From positions 5,317-69,316 of the forward strand of contig JALOTH010000003.1 of assembly GCA_025458035.1 (NCBI GenBank): a stretch of 64,000 nt of DNA, read 5' to 3'. The stretch comes from Rhodospirillales bacterium (GTDB taxonomy: Bacteria > Pseudomonadota > Alphaproteobacteria > Rhodospirillales > Defluviicoccaceae). This document shows, piece after piece, positions 1 to 9,902 of this stretch (positions are counted from its first letter, which is position 1; every line of letters begins with the position of its first letter). The notes under the pieces were generated by a model. The model was given only the letters and a program-made list of their open reading frames with translations. It did no database searches and had not been told where the DNA came from. The position numbers and the translations under genes were made by a program.

Positions 1-2
1 GG

Positions 3-173
3 GTGGCGGAGGCCCTCGAATACGGCATCGTCGGCGTCAACACCGGGATCATCTCGACGGAGCTGGCACCGTTCGGCGGCGTCAAGGAATCGGGCATCGG
101 CCGCGAGGGCTCGAAGTACGGCACCGAGGATTTCGTCGAGATCAAATACATCTGCCTCGGCGGCATCGGCTGA
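3..173 (+). CDS. gabD: succinate-semialdehyde dehydrogenase (aldehyde dehydrogenase family), C-terminal fragment; 5' end outside window
   Basis: Open frame from the window edge to TGA 171-173 gives [56 protein letters not shown]. This follows the conserved GabD C-terminus (EYGIVGxNTGIIS..[19 protein letters not shown]..KY). Confidence 0.85.
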   Translation: MAEALEYGIVGVNTGIISTELAPFGGVKESGIGREGSKYGTEDFVEIKYICLGGIG

Positions 174-244
174 CGGCGGGCCGCAGCCCTGGTGCCGCCG
201 GGCCCGGCTCCCAATCTCTGCCTCATCCGCATGACAGGACAAGG

Positions 245-628
245 TTGACGCCCGTGTCGATCCCCTCACGCCGGCATGCGCCGATGGCGGGCGCCGCCAT
301 CGCCATCGCCATTCTCGCCGCCGCCGGCACCGCCACCGCCCACCACGGCTGGGGTGCCTACGATGCCGACCGGCCGATCACCGTCAGCGGTCCGATCCGC
401 GCCGTCGCCTTCGAACAGCCGCATGTGTCCGTGCGCGTCGAGGCCGCCGACAAGACCTGGACCGTCGTCCTCGCGCCGATCTCACGCATGAACAGCCGCG
501 GCGCCGGCGAGGACGTGGTGCAGGTCGGACGCACGATCACCGCCTTCGGCTATCCCCATCGCGAGATCGCCGATGAGATCCGCGCCGAGCGGATCACCAT
601 CGACGGCCGCACCATCGAGATGCGCTGA
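245..628 (+). CDS. secreted DUF6152-like protein
   Basis: 127-aa ORF. It has a hydrophobic signal-like segment (AIAIAILAAAGTATA) followed by an HHGW motif, as in DUF6152 proteins. The start is ambiguous (TTG 245 or ATG 284). Confidence 0.6.
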   Translation: MTPVSIPSRRHAPMAGAAIAIAILAAAGTATAHHGWGAYDADRPITVSGPIRAVAFEQPHVSVRVEAADKTWTVVLAPISRMNSRGAGEDVVQVGRTITAFGYPHREIADEIRAERITIDGRTIEMR

Positions 629-660
629 AGCCGGCGGCGGCGGCGCCGAGGAGACGGACG

Positions 661-1097
661 CTGGAACTCGCCCTGGCGATCGAGCAGTCGGCGCTGGGCG
701 AGGCGATGCGCCGCTCGACCTTTCTCTATCCCGTCGTCAACGTCGCCCACATCCTCGCCATGCTGGTGTTCTTTACCGCCGTCGCGGTGATGGACTGATC
801 GCCGTCGGCAGAACCGTCGCCACGGCCGCCTTCACCGCGCAGGCGCTTAGCGGATTTCTGCTGTTCGCCGCCGATGCGACGGCGTTGTCGGCCAACCCGG
901 CCTTCCTCGCCAAGCTGGCGGTGATCGGCCTCGCCCTCGTCAACGTCGGGCTGCTGACGGTGCTGATGCGCCAGCGGCGGCGGCGCGGTGCCGGTGCCGA
1001 TCCATCGCTGCCGGCGGCGGCGGGCGCGTGTGCGGCACTCTCGCTGGCCGCCTGGCTGCTGACCGCCGGGCTCGGCCGGCTCATCGCCTACGTCTGA
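661..1097 (+). pseudogene. small multi-pass membrane protein, apparently frameshifted (1-nt deletion near 795) and without an obvious start codon
   Basis: Frame 1 reads ...LELALAIEQSALGEAMRRSTFLYPVVNVAHILAMLVFFTAVAVMD and stops at TGA 796-798. The hydrophobic protein continues in the next frame (LIAVGRTVATAAFTAQALSGFLLFAAD...LGRLIAYV to 1097). Restoring one base (gac-ctg) joins them as ...AVMDLIAVGR... Confidence 0.5.
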
Positions 1098-1316
1098 ACG
1101 CCGCCCCGCCGCCGGCAGCGCGCCGTTGCCTTCGCCGCGGCTTGCGGGTAAGGCAGACGCGATCATGGCGGTCGCCGACGAGAGCGCCGCCCCATTGCGG
1201 CAACATCCTGGCCCGATTGTTGCTTCGTTCGCACGGCTGCCCCCGCGGCGGGACGCGGCGGCCTGTTCGTTTGCGGGCGAAAGGCGCGGGCGGCAGCAAA
1301 CAGTCCGAGGAACGGC

Positions 1317-4300
1317 ATGGCCATTCGCGTCGCGCTCAACCACCACACCGCCTACCGCTACGATCGGCTGGTCAACCTCGGCCCGCAGGTGATCCGGCTG
1401 CGCCCGGCGCCGCACTGCCGCACGCCGGTGCTTGCCTATTCCTTAGGCATTACCCCCGAACCGCACTTCCTCAACTGGCAGCAGGACCCGCAGGGCAATT
1501 ATCTGGCGCGGCTGGTGTTTCCCGAGCGCACCCGCGGCTTTGACGTCACCGTCGACCTGATCGCCGAGATGACGGTGATCAACCCGTTCGACTTCTTCCT
1601 CGAACCGGAGGCCGAACGCTACCCGTTCACCTATGCGCCGTGGCTGCAACGCGAACTGGCGCCCTACCTGACGCCGCTGCCGGCGGGGCCGCGGCTGGCC
1701 GCCTGGCTGCGAACGGTGCCGGCGGCGGCGGAGCGCACCGTCGACTTCCTCGTCGCGCTCAACCGGCGTCTGCACGAGGAAACCACCTACGTCATTCGCA
1801 TGGAGCCCGGCATCCAGACCTGCGAGGAAACGCTGGCGCTGGCCAGCGGCTCGTGCCGCGACTCCGGCTGGCTGCTGGTGCAGATCCTGCGCCATCTCGG
1901 CCTCGCCGCGCGCTTCGTTTCCGGCTACCTCATTCAGCTCAAGCCCGACGTCAAGCCGCTGGACGGACCGGCCGGCGCCGCCGAGGACTTCACCGACCTG
2001 CACGCCTGGGCGGAGGTCTACCTGCCCGGCGCCGGCTGGGTCGGCCTCGATCCCACGTCGGGGCTGTTCGCCGGCGAGGGGCACCTGCCGCTGGCCTGCA
2101 CGCCGGAACCGGAGAGCGCGGCGCCGGTGTCCGGGGCCGTCGATCCGTGCACCGTCGATTTCCAGTTTTCCATGCAGCTGACCCGCGTTCATGAAACGGC
2201 GCGCGTCACCAAGCCCTACAGCGAGGAGCAGTGGCAGGAGGTGCTGGCCCTCGGCCACAGCATCGATCAGGTGCTGGCCGCCGGCGACGTGCGGCTGACG
2301 GTGGGCGGCGAGCCGACCTTCGTGTCCATCGACGACATGGACGGCGAGGAGTGGAACACCGCCGCCGACGGCGAGTTCAAGCGGCGCATCGCCGCCGAGC
2401 TGGTGATGCGGCTGCGCCAGCGGTTCGCGCCCGGCGGTCTCGTCCATTTCGGCCAGGGCAAGTGGTATCCCGGCGAGCAGCTGCCGCGCTGGGCGCACGC
2501 CATCTACTGGCGGCGCGACGGCAAACCGTTGTGGCGGGACCCGTCGCTGATCGCCGCCGAGCCGCCGCCGACGCCGGCGGGCGTCGATGACGCGGGGGTG
2601 TTCACCGCCGCGCTGGCGGCACGGCTGGAGGTGCCCGCCGACTGCGTCATGCCGGCGTTCGAGGATCCGCTGCCGTTCCTGGCGAAGGAAGGCAGCCTGC
2701 CGGACAACGTCGATGTCTTCGACAGCAAGCTGGAGGACGAGGCGGAACGGGCGCGGCTGGTGCGGGTGTTCGAACGCGGCCTCGGCCATCCCATCGGCTA
2801 CGTGCTGCCGGTGCAGCGCTGGAACGCCGCCGACGGCCGGCGCTGGCGCAGCGAACGCTGGACGTTCCGGCGCGGCCGGCTGCTCCTCGCGCCCGGCGAC
2901 TCGCCCGTCGGCTTGCGGCTGCCGCTGGGGGCGCTGCCGTGGGTGCCGAAGGCGGTCTATCCCTACCTCTCGCCGCTCGATCCGTTCGCGCCGCGCGGAC
3001 CGCTGCCCGAGGTGAAACCCTCCCGCCAGCGGCGGCTGAGCGCGGCCGAACCCGGCGATGGCGACCGGGGGCCCGGTCAAACCATGCAGCCGCAGCCGGT
3101 GACGATCGACGGGGCGACGGTGCGCACGGCGCTGTCGATCGAACCGCGCGACGGCTGGCTGCACGTGTTCATGCCGCCGACCGAGTCCGCCGACGACTAC
3201 GTCGAGCTGATCGCCGCCATCGAGGACGTGGCCGCCGAAACCGGCATGCCGGTGCGCATCGAGGGCTACACGCCGCCGCCGGACCCGCGGCTGGAGCTGA
3301 TCAAGGTGACCCCCGATCCCGGCGTGATCGAGGTCAACATCCACCCGGCGCACAGCTGGGAGCAGCTCGTCGCGACCACCGTCGACCTCTACGAGGACGC
3401 CCGGCTGTCGCGCCTCGGCACCGAGAAGTTCATGCTCGACGGCCGCCACAGCGGCACCGGCGGCGGCAATCACATCGTCATCGGCGGCGCCACCCCCGCC
3501 GACAGCCCGTTCCTGCGGCGGCCGGACCTGCTGAAGAGCCTGCTGATCTACTGGCAGAACCATCCGGCCCTGTCCTACCTGTTTTCCGGGCTGTTCATCG
3601 GCCCCACCAGCCAGGCGCCCCGCGTCGACGAGGCGCGGCACGAGGCGATCTACGAACTGGAGCTGGCCCTCCGCCAGATCCCCCGCCCGGAGGAGGGGCG
3701 GTCGGTGGCGCCGTGGCTGATCGACCGCATCCTGCGCAACCTGCTGGTCGATGTCACCGGCAACACCCACCGCGCCGAATTCTGCATCGACAAGCTGTAC
3801 TCGCCGGACGGTCCCGCCGGCCGCCTCGGGCTCGTCGAGCTGCGCGCCTTCGAGATGCCGCCGCACGCGCGCATGAGCCTCGTTCAGCACCTGCTGCTGC
3901 GGGCGCTGATCTCGTGGTTCTGGCGCGAACCCCTCGACCGGCCGCTGATCCGCTGGGGCACGCAGCTGCACGACCGCTTCCTGCTGCCCCACTACGTGCG
4001 CGAGGACTTTGCCGCGGTCATCGACGACCTCGCCCGCGCCGGCATCGCCATGCGGAGCGAGTGGTTCGAGCCGCACTTCGAGTTCCGCTTTCCGCTGATC
4101 GGCGAGGTCCGTCATGACGGTGTCGGCGTCGAACTGCGGCAGGCGCTCGAACCCTGGCCGGTGATGGGCGAGGAGGGTGTCGTCGGCGGCACGGCGCGCT
4201 TCGTCGATTCCTCGGTGGAGCGCCTGCAGGTGCGCACCGACGGCCTCGTCGCCGGCCGCCACCTGCTCAGCTGCAACGGCTATGCGGTGCCGCTGCGGCC

Positions 4301-4628
4301 CACCGGCCGCCACGGCGAGGCGGTCGCCGGCGTGCGCTATCGCGCCTGGCAGCCGGCCTCCTGCCTGCATCCGACGATCGGCGTCAATTCCCCGTTGACG
4401 TTCGATGTCTACGACCTCTGGTCGAAACGCTCGCTGGGCGGCTGCACCTATCACGTCGCCCATCCCGGCGGCCGCAGCTACGACACGTTCCCGGTCAACG
4501 CCTACGAGGCGGAAAGCCGCCGGCATGCCCGCTTCTTCCCGTTCGGGCACACGCCGAATGCCTGGCAGCCCATCGTGGCGCCGGTCTCGGATGAATTCCC
4601 GGTCACCCTCGACCTGCGCGGCCGCTGA
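1317..4628 (+). CDS. large transglutaminase-family protein (N-terminal Bact_transglu_N + transglutaminase core, C-terminal DUF2126-type region)
   Basis: 1103-aa ORF. The N-terminus [17 protein letters not shown] is typical of bacterial transglutaminase-N. A Cys-His-Asp core is visible ([11 protein letters not shown]; LHAWAEVY; GLDPT). The long C-terminal extension resembles DUF2126 proteins. Confidence 0.85.
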   Translation: MAIRVALNHHTAYRYDRLVNLGPQVIRLRPAPHCRTPVLAYSLGITPEPHFLNWQQDPQGNYLARLVFPERTRGFDVTVDLIAEMTVINPFDFFLEPEAERYPFTYAPWLQRELAPYLTPLPAGPRLAAWLRTVPAAAERTVDFLVALNRRLHEETTYVIRMEPGIQTCEETLALASGSCRDSGWLLVQILRHLGLAARFVSGYLIQLKPDVKPLDGPAGAAEDFTDLHAWAEVYLPGAGWVGLDPTSGLFAGEGHLPLACTPEPESAAPVSGAVDPCTVDFQFSMQLTRVHETARVTKPYSEEQWQEVLALGHSIDQVLAAGDVRLTVGGEPTFVSIDDMDGEEWNTAADGEFKRRIAAELVMRLRQRFAPGGLVHFGQGKWYPGEQLPRWAHAIYWRRDGKPLWRDPSLIAAEPPPTPAGVDDAGVFTAALAARLEVPADCVMPAFEDPLPFLAKEGSLPDNVDVFDSKLEDEAERARLVRVFERGLGHPIGYVLPVQRWNAADGRRWRSERWTFRRGRLLLAPGDSPVGLRLPLGALPWVPKAVYPYLSPLDPFAPRGPLPEVKPSRQRRLSAAEPGDGDRGPGQTMQPQPVTIDGATVRTALSIEPRDGWLHVFMPPTESADDYVELIAAIEDVAAETGMPVRIEGYTPPPDPRLELIKVTPDPGVIEVNIHPAHSWEQLVATTVDLYEDARLSRLGTEKFMLDGRHSGTGGGNHIVIGGATPADSPFLRRPDLLKSLLIYWQNHPALSYLFSGLFIGPTSQAPRVDEARHEAIYELELALRQIPRPEEGRSVAPWLIDRILRNLLVDVTGNTHRAEFCIDKLYSPDGPAGRLGLVELRAFEMPPHARMSLVQHLLLRALISWFWREPLDRPLIRWGTQLHDRFLLPHYVREDFAAVIDDLARAGIAMRSEWFEPHFEFRFPLIGEVRHDGVGVELRQALEPWPVMGEEGVVGGTARFVDSSVERLQVRTDGLVAGRHLLSCNGYAVPLRPTGRHGEAVAGVRYRAWQPASCLHPTIGVNSPLTFDVYDLWSKRSLGGCTYHVAHPGGRSYDTFPVNAYEAESRRHARFFPFGHTPNAWQPIVAPVSDEFPVTLDLRGR

Positions 4629-4686
4629 GATTGGGGTTGACGGACGGATGATGAACAGGGCGAATCGACGCTAGGGAGGCGCTGAT

Positions 4687-7251
4687 GTGACGACGCTGCT
4701 GTCATCGGATACGGGCGAGCCGCGAAGCTTACTGCGGTCGTACCGGACCCTGCCGGGCGTCTTCGATGAGATGATGACCGCCGACGGGCTGATTCGGCCC
4801 CATTGGCGCACGTTCATCGACAGCCTTGAAGCGATGCCGGAGCACGAACTCGCCGATCGCTGGCGCGGCGCGGCGCGGCTGCTGCACGAGCACGGCCTCA
4901 CCTACGCGGCCGAGCCCTTCATCGACGGGCCGAGCCGGCCGTGGCAGCTGGATTTCGTGCCGGCGCTGATGCAGGCGGGGGAGTGGCGGGCGCTGGAGGC
5001 GGGGCTGATCCAGCGCGCCCGCCTGATCAATGCCGTGCTCGCCGATCTTTACGGCCCGCAGCGGCTGCTGCGCGACGGCCAGCTGCCATCGGCGCTGCTG
5101 TTCGCCAACCCCCATTTCCTCCGGCCCTGCCACGGCATCACGCCGCGCCGCGGTCCGTTCATCCATGTCTATGCCGTCGATCTCGGGCGGGGATCGGATG
5201 GTCGCTGGTGGGTGCTCGCCGACCGCACGCAAGCGCCCTCCGGGGTCGGCTTCGCTCTCGAAAACCGCATCGTGCTGTCGCGCTGCCTGCCGGAGCTGTT
5301 CCGCGAGTGTGATGTCGAGCGGCTCGCCACCTACTTCCACGCCTCGCACCTATCGCTGGTCGACTGCACGGAACGGGAAAATCCCCGCATCGTGTTGCTG
5401 ACGCCGGGACCCAGCAGTGAAAACTACTTCGCCCACGCCTACCTCGCGCGCTATCTCGGCTACAGCCTCGCCGAGGGCGCGGATCTGACCGTTCGCGACA
5501 ACCGCGTCTACTTGAAGTCGGTGGATGGCCTCAAGCCCGTGGACCTGATCGTCCGCCGGGTGGACGGCGATCTCTGCGATCCGCTGGAGCTGAAGCCGGA
5601 CTCGACGGTCGGCGTCGCCGGGCTGCTGCAGGCGGCACGGGCGCAAACGGTGACCATCGCCAATGCCCTCGGCAGCGGCGTCGCCGAGGCGAAGGCGTTG
5701 ATGGGCTATCTGCCGGAGCTGTGCCGGCTGCTGCTGGGCGAGGAGCTGAAAATCCCCTCGATCCGCACCCTGTGGGGTGGCGATGCGGCGCAGCGGGCGG
5801 AGATGCTCGCCAGCCTCGACCGGCTGGCCGTCGATTCCGCGTTCAAGCGGCGGCCGATGCTGGCGAGGTCCGGCGGCGTCCTCGCCGGCGTCATGGCGGA
5901 GCCCGAACGCCGGGCGCTGGAGGCCGCCATCGTCCGCAGCGGTCACGAGTTCGTGGGCCACGAGGTGCTGACGCTGTCGACGACGCCGACCTGGGTCGAT
6001 GGCACACTGATGCCACGGCCGATGACGCTGCGGATGTTCGTTGCCGCCCACGGCGACGACTACATCGTGCTGCCCGGCGGCCTGACCCGCATCGCGTCGA
6101 CCGCCGATCCGCGCGCCATCCTGTTGCAGCGCGGTGACGGCACCAAGGACACCTGGGTGCTCGCCGACAAGCCGGTGAGCGGCTTCAGCCTGCTGCGGAC
6201 ACCGCTCAGCTACGTGGAACCGAAGCGGACCGGCAAGGACCTGCCGAGCCGCGCCGCCGACAACCTGTTCTGGCTCGGCCGTCAGGCGGAGCGCTGCGAA
6301 GACCGCATGCGCATCCTGCGCAGCGTGCTGCGCCGGCTGACCGAGGACCCGGCGCCGCTGCAGGATATCGTCGCTCTCGAACGGGCGCTGAGCGTGCTCA
6401 CCGGCGTCAGCCAATGGATGACGTGGCGATCGGGCGAACGCACCCACCGCGTCGCCGGCCTCGAACATCAGGTCTATGCCCTGCTGTTCACCCCCGACCA
6501 TGCGCAGGGGCTGATGGAACCGCTGGCGGAACTGCGGCGCACCGCCTCGCTGGTCCGCGACCGGCTGTCGCTGGATGCCTGGCGCACCCTGTCGCGGCTG
6601 CAGAGCGACATTTCCGAGCGGTCGCCGCAGGCGATGGCGCCCGACAACGGCTTCATCGCCGGCGACACGCTGATCATGCTCGACGATGCGCTGCGGCTGC
6701 TCGCCGCCTTCAGCGGCATGGAAATGGAAAACATGACGCGCTCCCATGGCTGGCGGTTCCTCGACATGGGCCGGCGCATCGAGCGCGCCGAGCACCTCGC
6801 CAAGCTGATGCAGAGCCTGCTGCTGCACGGCAGCCCCGAGGAGGATGGCAGCCTGCTGCTGCTGCTGGAGCTGGCCGACAGCCTGATGACCTACCGCTCA
6901 CGCTACCTGACGACGCCGATGCTGCCGCCGGTGCTGGACCTGCTGCTGCTGGATGAAACCAATCCGCGATCGGTGGCGTTTCAGCTGGTGGCGCTGCGGG
7001 ATCACGTGGACCAGCTGCCGCGGGACAGCGACGGCGAGGTGCGCTCCCGCGAGCAGCGGCTGACGCTGGCGCTGTCGACGGAGCTGCAACTGGCCGAGGT
7101 CGGCGATCTCTATGCCGCGGACGCCACCGGCCATCGCGGCAAGCTGGCGGACCTGCTGGAACGCATTGTCCTCGGGCTGCCGCAGCTGTCGGAACACATC
7201 ACCGGCAGCTATTTCAGCCTCGGCGAAGCCCGTCGCCCCGCCGACCTCTGA
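4687..7251 (+). CDS. circularly permuted type-2 ATP-grasp protein fused to an alpha-E domain
   Basis: 854-aa ORF with a GGGAGG RBS 8 nt before GTG 4687. The N-terminal ~480 aa resemble COG2308/CP_ATPgrasp_2 (FDEMMTADGLIRPHW..., VRRVDGDLCDPLEL). The C-terminal ~320 aa begin with NLFWLGRQAERCED, the alpha-E (COG2307) signature. Confidence 0.8.
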   Translation: MTTLLSSDTGEPRSLLRSYRTLPGVFDEMMTADGLIRPHWRTFIDSLEAMPEHELADRWRGAARLLHEHGLTYAAEPFIDGPSRPWQLDFVPALMQAGEWRALEAGLIQRARLINAVLADLYGPQRLLRDGQLPSALLFANPHFLRPCHGITPRRGPFIHVYAVDLGRGSDGRWWVLADRTQAPSGVGFALENRIVLSRCLPELFRECDVERLATYFHASHLSLVDCTERENPRIVLLTPGPSSENYFAHAYLARYLGYSLAEGADLTVRDNRVYLKSVDGLKPVDLIVRRVDGDLCDPLELKPDSTVGVAGLLQAARAQTVTIANALGSGVAEAKALMGYLPELCRLLLGEELKIPSIRTLWGGDAAQRAEMLASLDRLAVDSAFKRRPMLARSGGVLAGVMAEPERRALEAAIVRSGHEFVGHEVLTLSTTPTWVDGTLMPRPMTLRMFVAAHGDDYIVLPGGLTRIASTADPRAILLQRGDGTKDTWVLADKPVSGFSLLRTPLSYVEPKRTGKDLPSRAADNLFWLGRQAERCEDRMRILRSVLRRLTEDPAPLQDIVALERALSVLTGVSQWMTWRSGERTHRVAGLEHQVYALLFTPDHAQGLMEPLAELRRTASLVRDRLSLDAWRTLSRLQSDISERSPQAMAPDNGFIAGDTLIMLDDALRLLAAFSGMEMENMTRSHGWRFLDMGRRIERAEHLAKLMQSLLLHGSPEEDGSLLLLLELADSLMTYRSRYLTTPMLPPVLDLLLLDETNPRSVAFQLVALRDHVDQLPRDSDGEVRSREQRLTLALSTELQLAEVGDLYAADATGHRGKLADLLERIVLGLPQLSEHITGSYFSLGEARRPADL

Positions 7252-7265
7252 GGCACGGCGCCGCG

Positions 7266-8150
7266 ATGCTTTACGACGTCAGCCACCGCACCACCTATCG
7301 CTATTCCATCCCCGTCTCGTTCTCCCATCACCTGCTGCATCTGACGCCGCGGCCGGGCGAGCGGCAGCTCTGCCACCGCACCGCCCTGACCGTCACCCCG
7401 ACACCGTCGCGGCACGTCGCCGCCAAGGACTATTTCGGCAATCCGATCACCTTCATCACCCTGCAGGAGCAGCACACCGATCTCGTCCTCTATGCCCGCA
7501 GCACCATCGAGGTGCAGCCGTCGACGATCCTCGATCCGGCGGTGACGATGCCCTGGGACCGGGTCTACGACGAGCTGTGGCACGACCCGTCGGAAAGCGG
7601 CCTCGATGCCATTCAGTACGTGTTCGACTCGCCCTACACGCAGGCGACGGCGCCGGTGGAGGAGTTGGCGCGCAAGGCCTTCACCCCGGACCGCCCGGTG
7701 CTGGCGGCGGCCCTCGATCTGACCCGCATCATCTTCGAGACGTTCACCTATGATCCGACGGCGACGACGGTGTCGACGCCGCTGGACCACGTGTTCATGG
7801 CGCGGCGCGGCGTCTGCCAGGACTTCGCCCATTTGCAGCTGGCCTGCCTGCGGTCGCTGAAGGTACCGGCCCGCTATGTCAGCGGTTACCTGCTGACCCG
7901 CCCGCCGCAGGGTCGCGAGCGGCTGATCGGCGCCGATGTCTCGCACGCCTGGCTGTCCGTGTGGTGCCCGCCGTTCGGCTGGGTTGACGTCGACCCGACG
8001 AACAACCTCGTGGTCTCCCACGAGCACATCACCCTCGGCTGGGGGCGGGACTACGGCGATGTCAGCCCGGTCAACGGCGCCATCTTTGGCGGCGGCGCCC
8101 ACACCGTCGCCGTTTCGGTGGAAGTGGCGCCGATCAGCGACGATCGCTGA
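7266..8150 (+). CDS. transglutaminase-family protein (Bact_transglu_N + transglutaminase core)
   Basis: 294 aa. MLYDVSHRTTYRYS at the N-terminus. Catalytic Cys in RRGVCQDFAHL, His in SHAWLSVW, Asp in VDVDPTN. Starts 14 nt after the preceding gene. Confidence 0.88.
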   Translation: MLYDVSHRTTYRYSIPVSFSHHLLHLTPRPGERQLCHRTALTVTPTPSRHVAAKDYFGNPITFITLQEQHTDLVLYARSTIEVQPSTILDPAVTMPWDRVYDELWHDPSESGLDAIQYVFDSPYTQATAPVEELARKAFTPDRPVLAAALDLTRIIFETFTYDPTATTVSTPLDHVFMARRGVCQDFAHLQLACLRSLKVPARYVSGYLLTRPPQGRERLIGADVSHAWLSVWCPPFGWVDVDPTNNLVVSHEHITLGWGRDYGDVSPVNGAIFGGGAHTVAVSVEVAPISDDR

Positions 8151-8250
8151 GCGACGGCTGGCGCACTGTTTGCCTTGCGGAATACAACCCGCACTTTCCG
8201 AGCGGCAAAGGGGATGCTATGAAGAAGTTCCGGAGGGAGAGGTAACAAAA

Positions 8251-8967
8251 ATGGCCGTCAACGCTCAAGCCGTCATCCAGGCAATCGTGCGGGCGCTCGA
8301 AGAACCCCCTGCCCGCGCCCGTCAGGTGCGCAAGCCCGTCATCACCGTGTCGCGAACGATCGGCTCCGGCGGCGACTATATCGCCCGCACCGTCGCCGAC
8401 CGCCTCGGCATCGAGCTGTACGGTGCGGAAATCATCAGCGGCATCGCCACCGAAGCCAACGTCAGCCCGCACCTGATGCAGAGCCTGACCGAGCGCCTCG
8501 ATGCCATTGACGCATGGATCTACTCCGCGGTGTTCGGCAAGCACGTCAGCCGCGATGAATACGTACACTTCCTGTCGACGGTGGTGCGTGGTCTTTATCA
8601 CACCGGCGGCGTCATCGTCGGCCGCGGCTCGCACGTCATTCTCGCCGGCCGCGATGTGCTGCGGGTGCGGATCGTCGGCTCGGTGGAAGCCTGCGCGACG
8701 CGCATTTCGGAACAGGACGGCACCAGCTACGCCGAAGCCAAGCGCAAGGTACAGGAAAGCAACAAGCGGCGTGGCAAGTTCATTTGGGACCTGTTTCACT
8801 CCCGTTACAACGATCCCACCAACTTCGATCTCATCGTCAACACGGATTACTTCCGCAAGCTGGACGATGTGGTCGAACTTGTGCTGATGGCGGTGCGCGC
8901 GCGCGGCCTTGACCGCAAGTGGACAGCGCCGCAAGCGGAGGCGGTGCCGGCGACGCCGGCCAACTGA
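8251..8967 (+). CDS. cytidylate kinase-like family protein
   Basis: ATG 8251 is preceded by GGAGGGAGAGG. The P-loop-like ITVSRTIGSGGDYIARTVADRLG is typical of the Cytidylate_kin2 family. The part of the track ORF upstream of 8251 overlaps the previous gene and is rejected. Confidence 0.75.
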   Translation: MAVNAQAVIQAIVRALEEPPARARQVRKPVITVSRTIGSGGDYIARTVADRLGIELYGAEIISGIATEANVSPHLMQSLTERLDAIDAWIYSAVFGKHVSRDEYVHFLSTVVRGLYHTGGVIVGRGSHVILAGRDVLRVRIVGSVEACATRISEQDGTSYAEAKRKVQESNKRRGKFIWDLFHSRYNDPTNFDLIVNTDYFRKLDDVVELVLMAVRARGLDRKWTAPQAEAVPATPAN

Positions 8968-9013
8968 CGCGCCATCGGCAACCCCTTTCGGCAACCAGAG
9001 GAGCGGGCATCGG

Positions 9014-9886
9014 ATGGCCAATCGGTTTGCTTGGCGGCTGCTTGGCCTCGCCGTCGCGGTGCTGAGCGCGGTGGGCGGCGGGCTCGCGTCCGCACAGGAG
9101 CTGGCGGTGGAGGGCGCCGATGCCGGCGTCCTGCCCGCGGACGCCGCGGACGGCAAGTCGTGGCGCTTCAAGGTCGGGCTGGGCCTAGCCGCCGTGCCCG
9201 ACTACGTCGGCTCCAACAACTACACACTGGCGCCGTTGCCGAAGCTGCAGGCGGCGAAGGGATTTTATCAGGTCGATGTCACCGGCAATCGGCTGACCTC
9301 GAACGTTGTGCCGCTAGCCAACTGGCAGTTCGGGCCGAGCGCCCAATACATCTCGAACAACCGTTGCAGTTCCGACGACAATCGCGTCAACAACATGCAC
9401 TGTCTGCACAGCGCGCTGATGGTCGGCGGCCGTCTCGGCTACGCGTTCACTGTGCCGTCGTTCATCGAGTCGGCGCGAATCGTGCCCCAATTCGAGGTGC
9501 TCGGCGATGTCTCCGGCGCCAACGATGGCTTGACGTTTGAACCGCGCGTCGTGGTGGTGCAGCCGTTGAACCCGGAATGGACGGTAACGGCGGTCCCGTC
9601 GCTGCTGTTCGGCTCGGAGAGCTATGAGAACTACTACTTCGGCGTCACCGCCAGACAGTCGCGCCAGTCGGGACTGCGCCAGTATGACGCCGACGGCGGA
9701 TTGCAGCAGGTCGGTTTGCTGGCCACCGCCGACTGGCAGTTTGCGCCGCGCTGGGGCGCCACCGTCCTCGCCCGCTACGCCCGTCTCGTCGGCGACGCCG
9801 AGGACAGCCCGCTGGTGGACGGCGACGGCGGGCGTGGCGATGCCAACCAGTTCGCCATCGGCGGCTACGTGTCTTACAACTGGTAA
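9014..9886 (+). CDS. MipA/OmpV family outer-membrane protein
   Basis: ATG 9014 gives MANRFAWRLLGLAVAVLSAVGGGLASAQE (signal peptide). This is followed by WRFKVGLGLAAVPDYVGSNNY and a C-terminal aromatic beta-barrel end (GGYVSYNW). Confidence 0.8.
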   Translation: MANRFAWRLLGLAVAVLSAVGGGLASAQELAVEGADAGVLPADAADGKSWRFKVGLGLAAVPDYVGSNNYTLAPLPKLQAAKGFYQVDVTGNRLTSNVVPLANWQFGPSAQYISNNRCSSDDNRVNNMHCLHSALMVGGRLGYAFTVPSFIESARIVPQFEVLGDVSGANDGLTFEPRVVVVQPLNPEWTVTAVPSLLFGSESYENYYFGVTARQSRQSGLRQYDADGGLQQVGLLATADWQFAPRWGATVLARYARLVGDAEDSPLVDGDGGRGDANQFAIGGYVSYNW

Positions 9887-9902
9887 CCCGCCGCGAGCGC
9901 GG

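Noticed and set aside
1443-4550. 1035-aa minus-strand ORF covering almost the whole DUF2126-transglutaminase gene. Similar giants occur at 28591-30453(-), 33775-36390(+), 47654-50116(-), 59423-61552(-), 5350-6828(-) and 19674-20936(+).
   Set aside because: These are antisense shadow ORFs typical of GC-rich DNA. Their translations are R/A/G/P/D-rich low-complexity sequence with no recognisable motifs. The opposite strand in each case encodes a protein with clear family signatures.
7936-8250. N-terminal extension of the cytidylate-kinase-like ORF, overlapping the transglutaminase gene. Similar upstream extensions occur at 8909-9013, 12028-12129, 12801-12860, 22074-22115, 28504-28599, 46922-47422(-), 50898-50978 and 57446-57748.
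   Set aside because: The extensions are low-complexity sequence, overlap the preceding genes and lack RBSs. Internal starts have Shine-Dalgarno sequences and match the known N-termini of the families.
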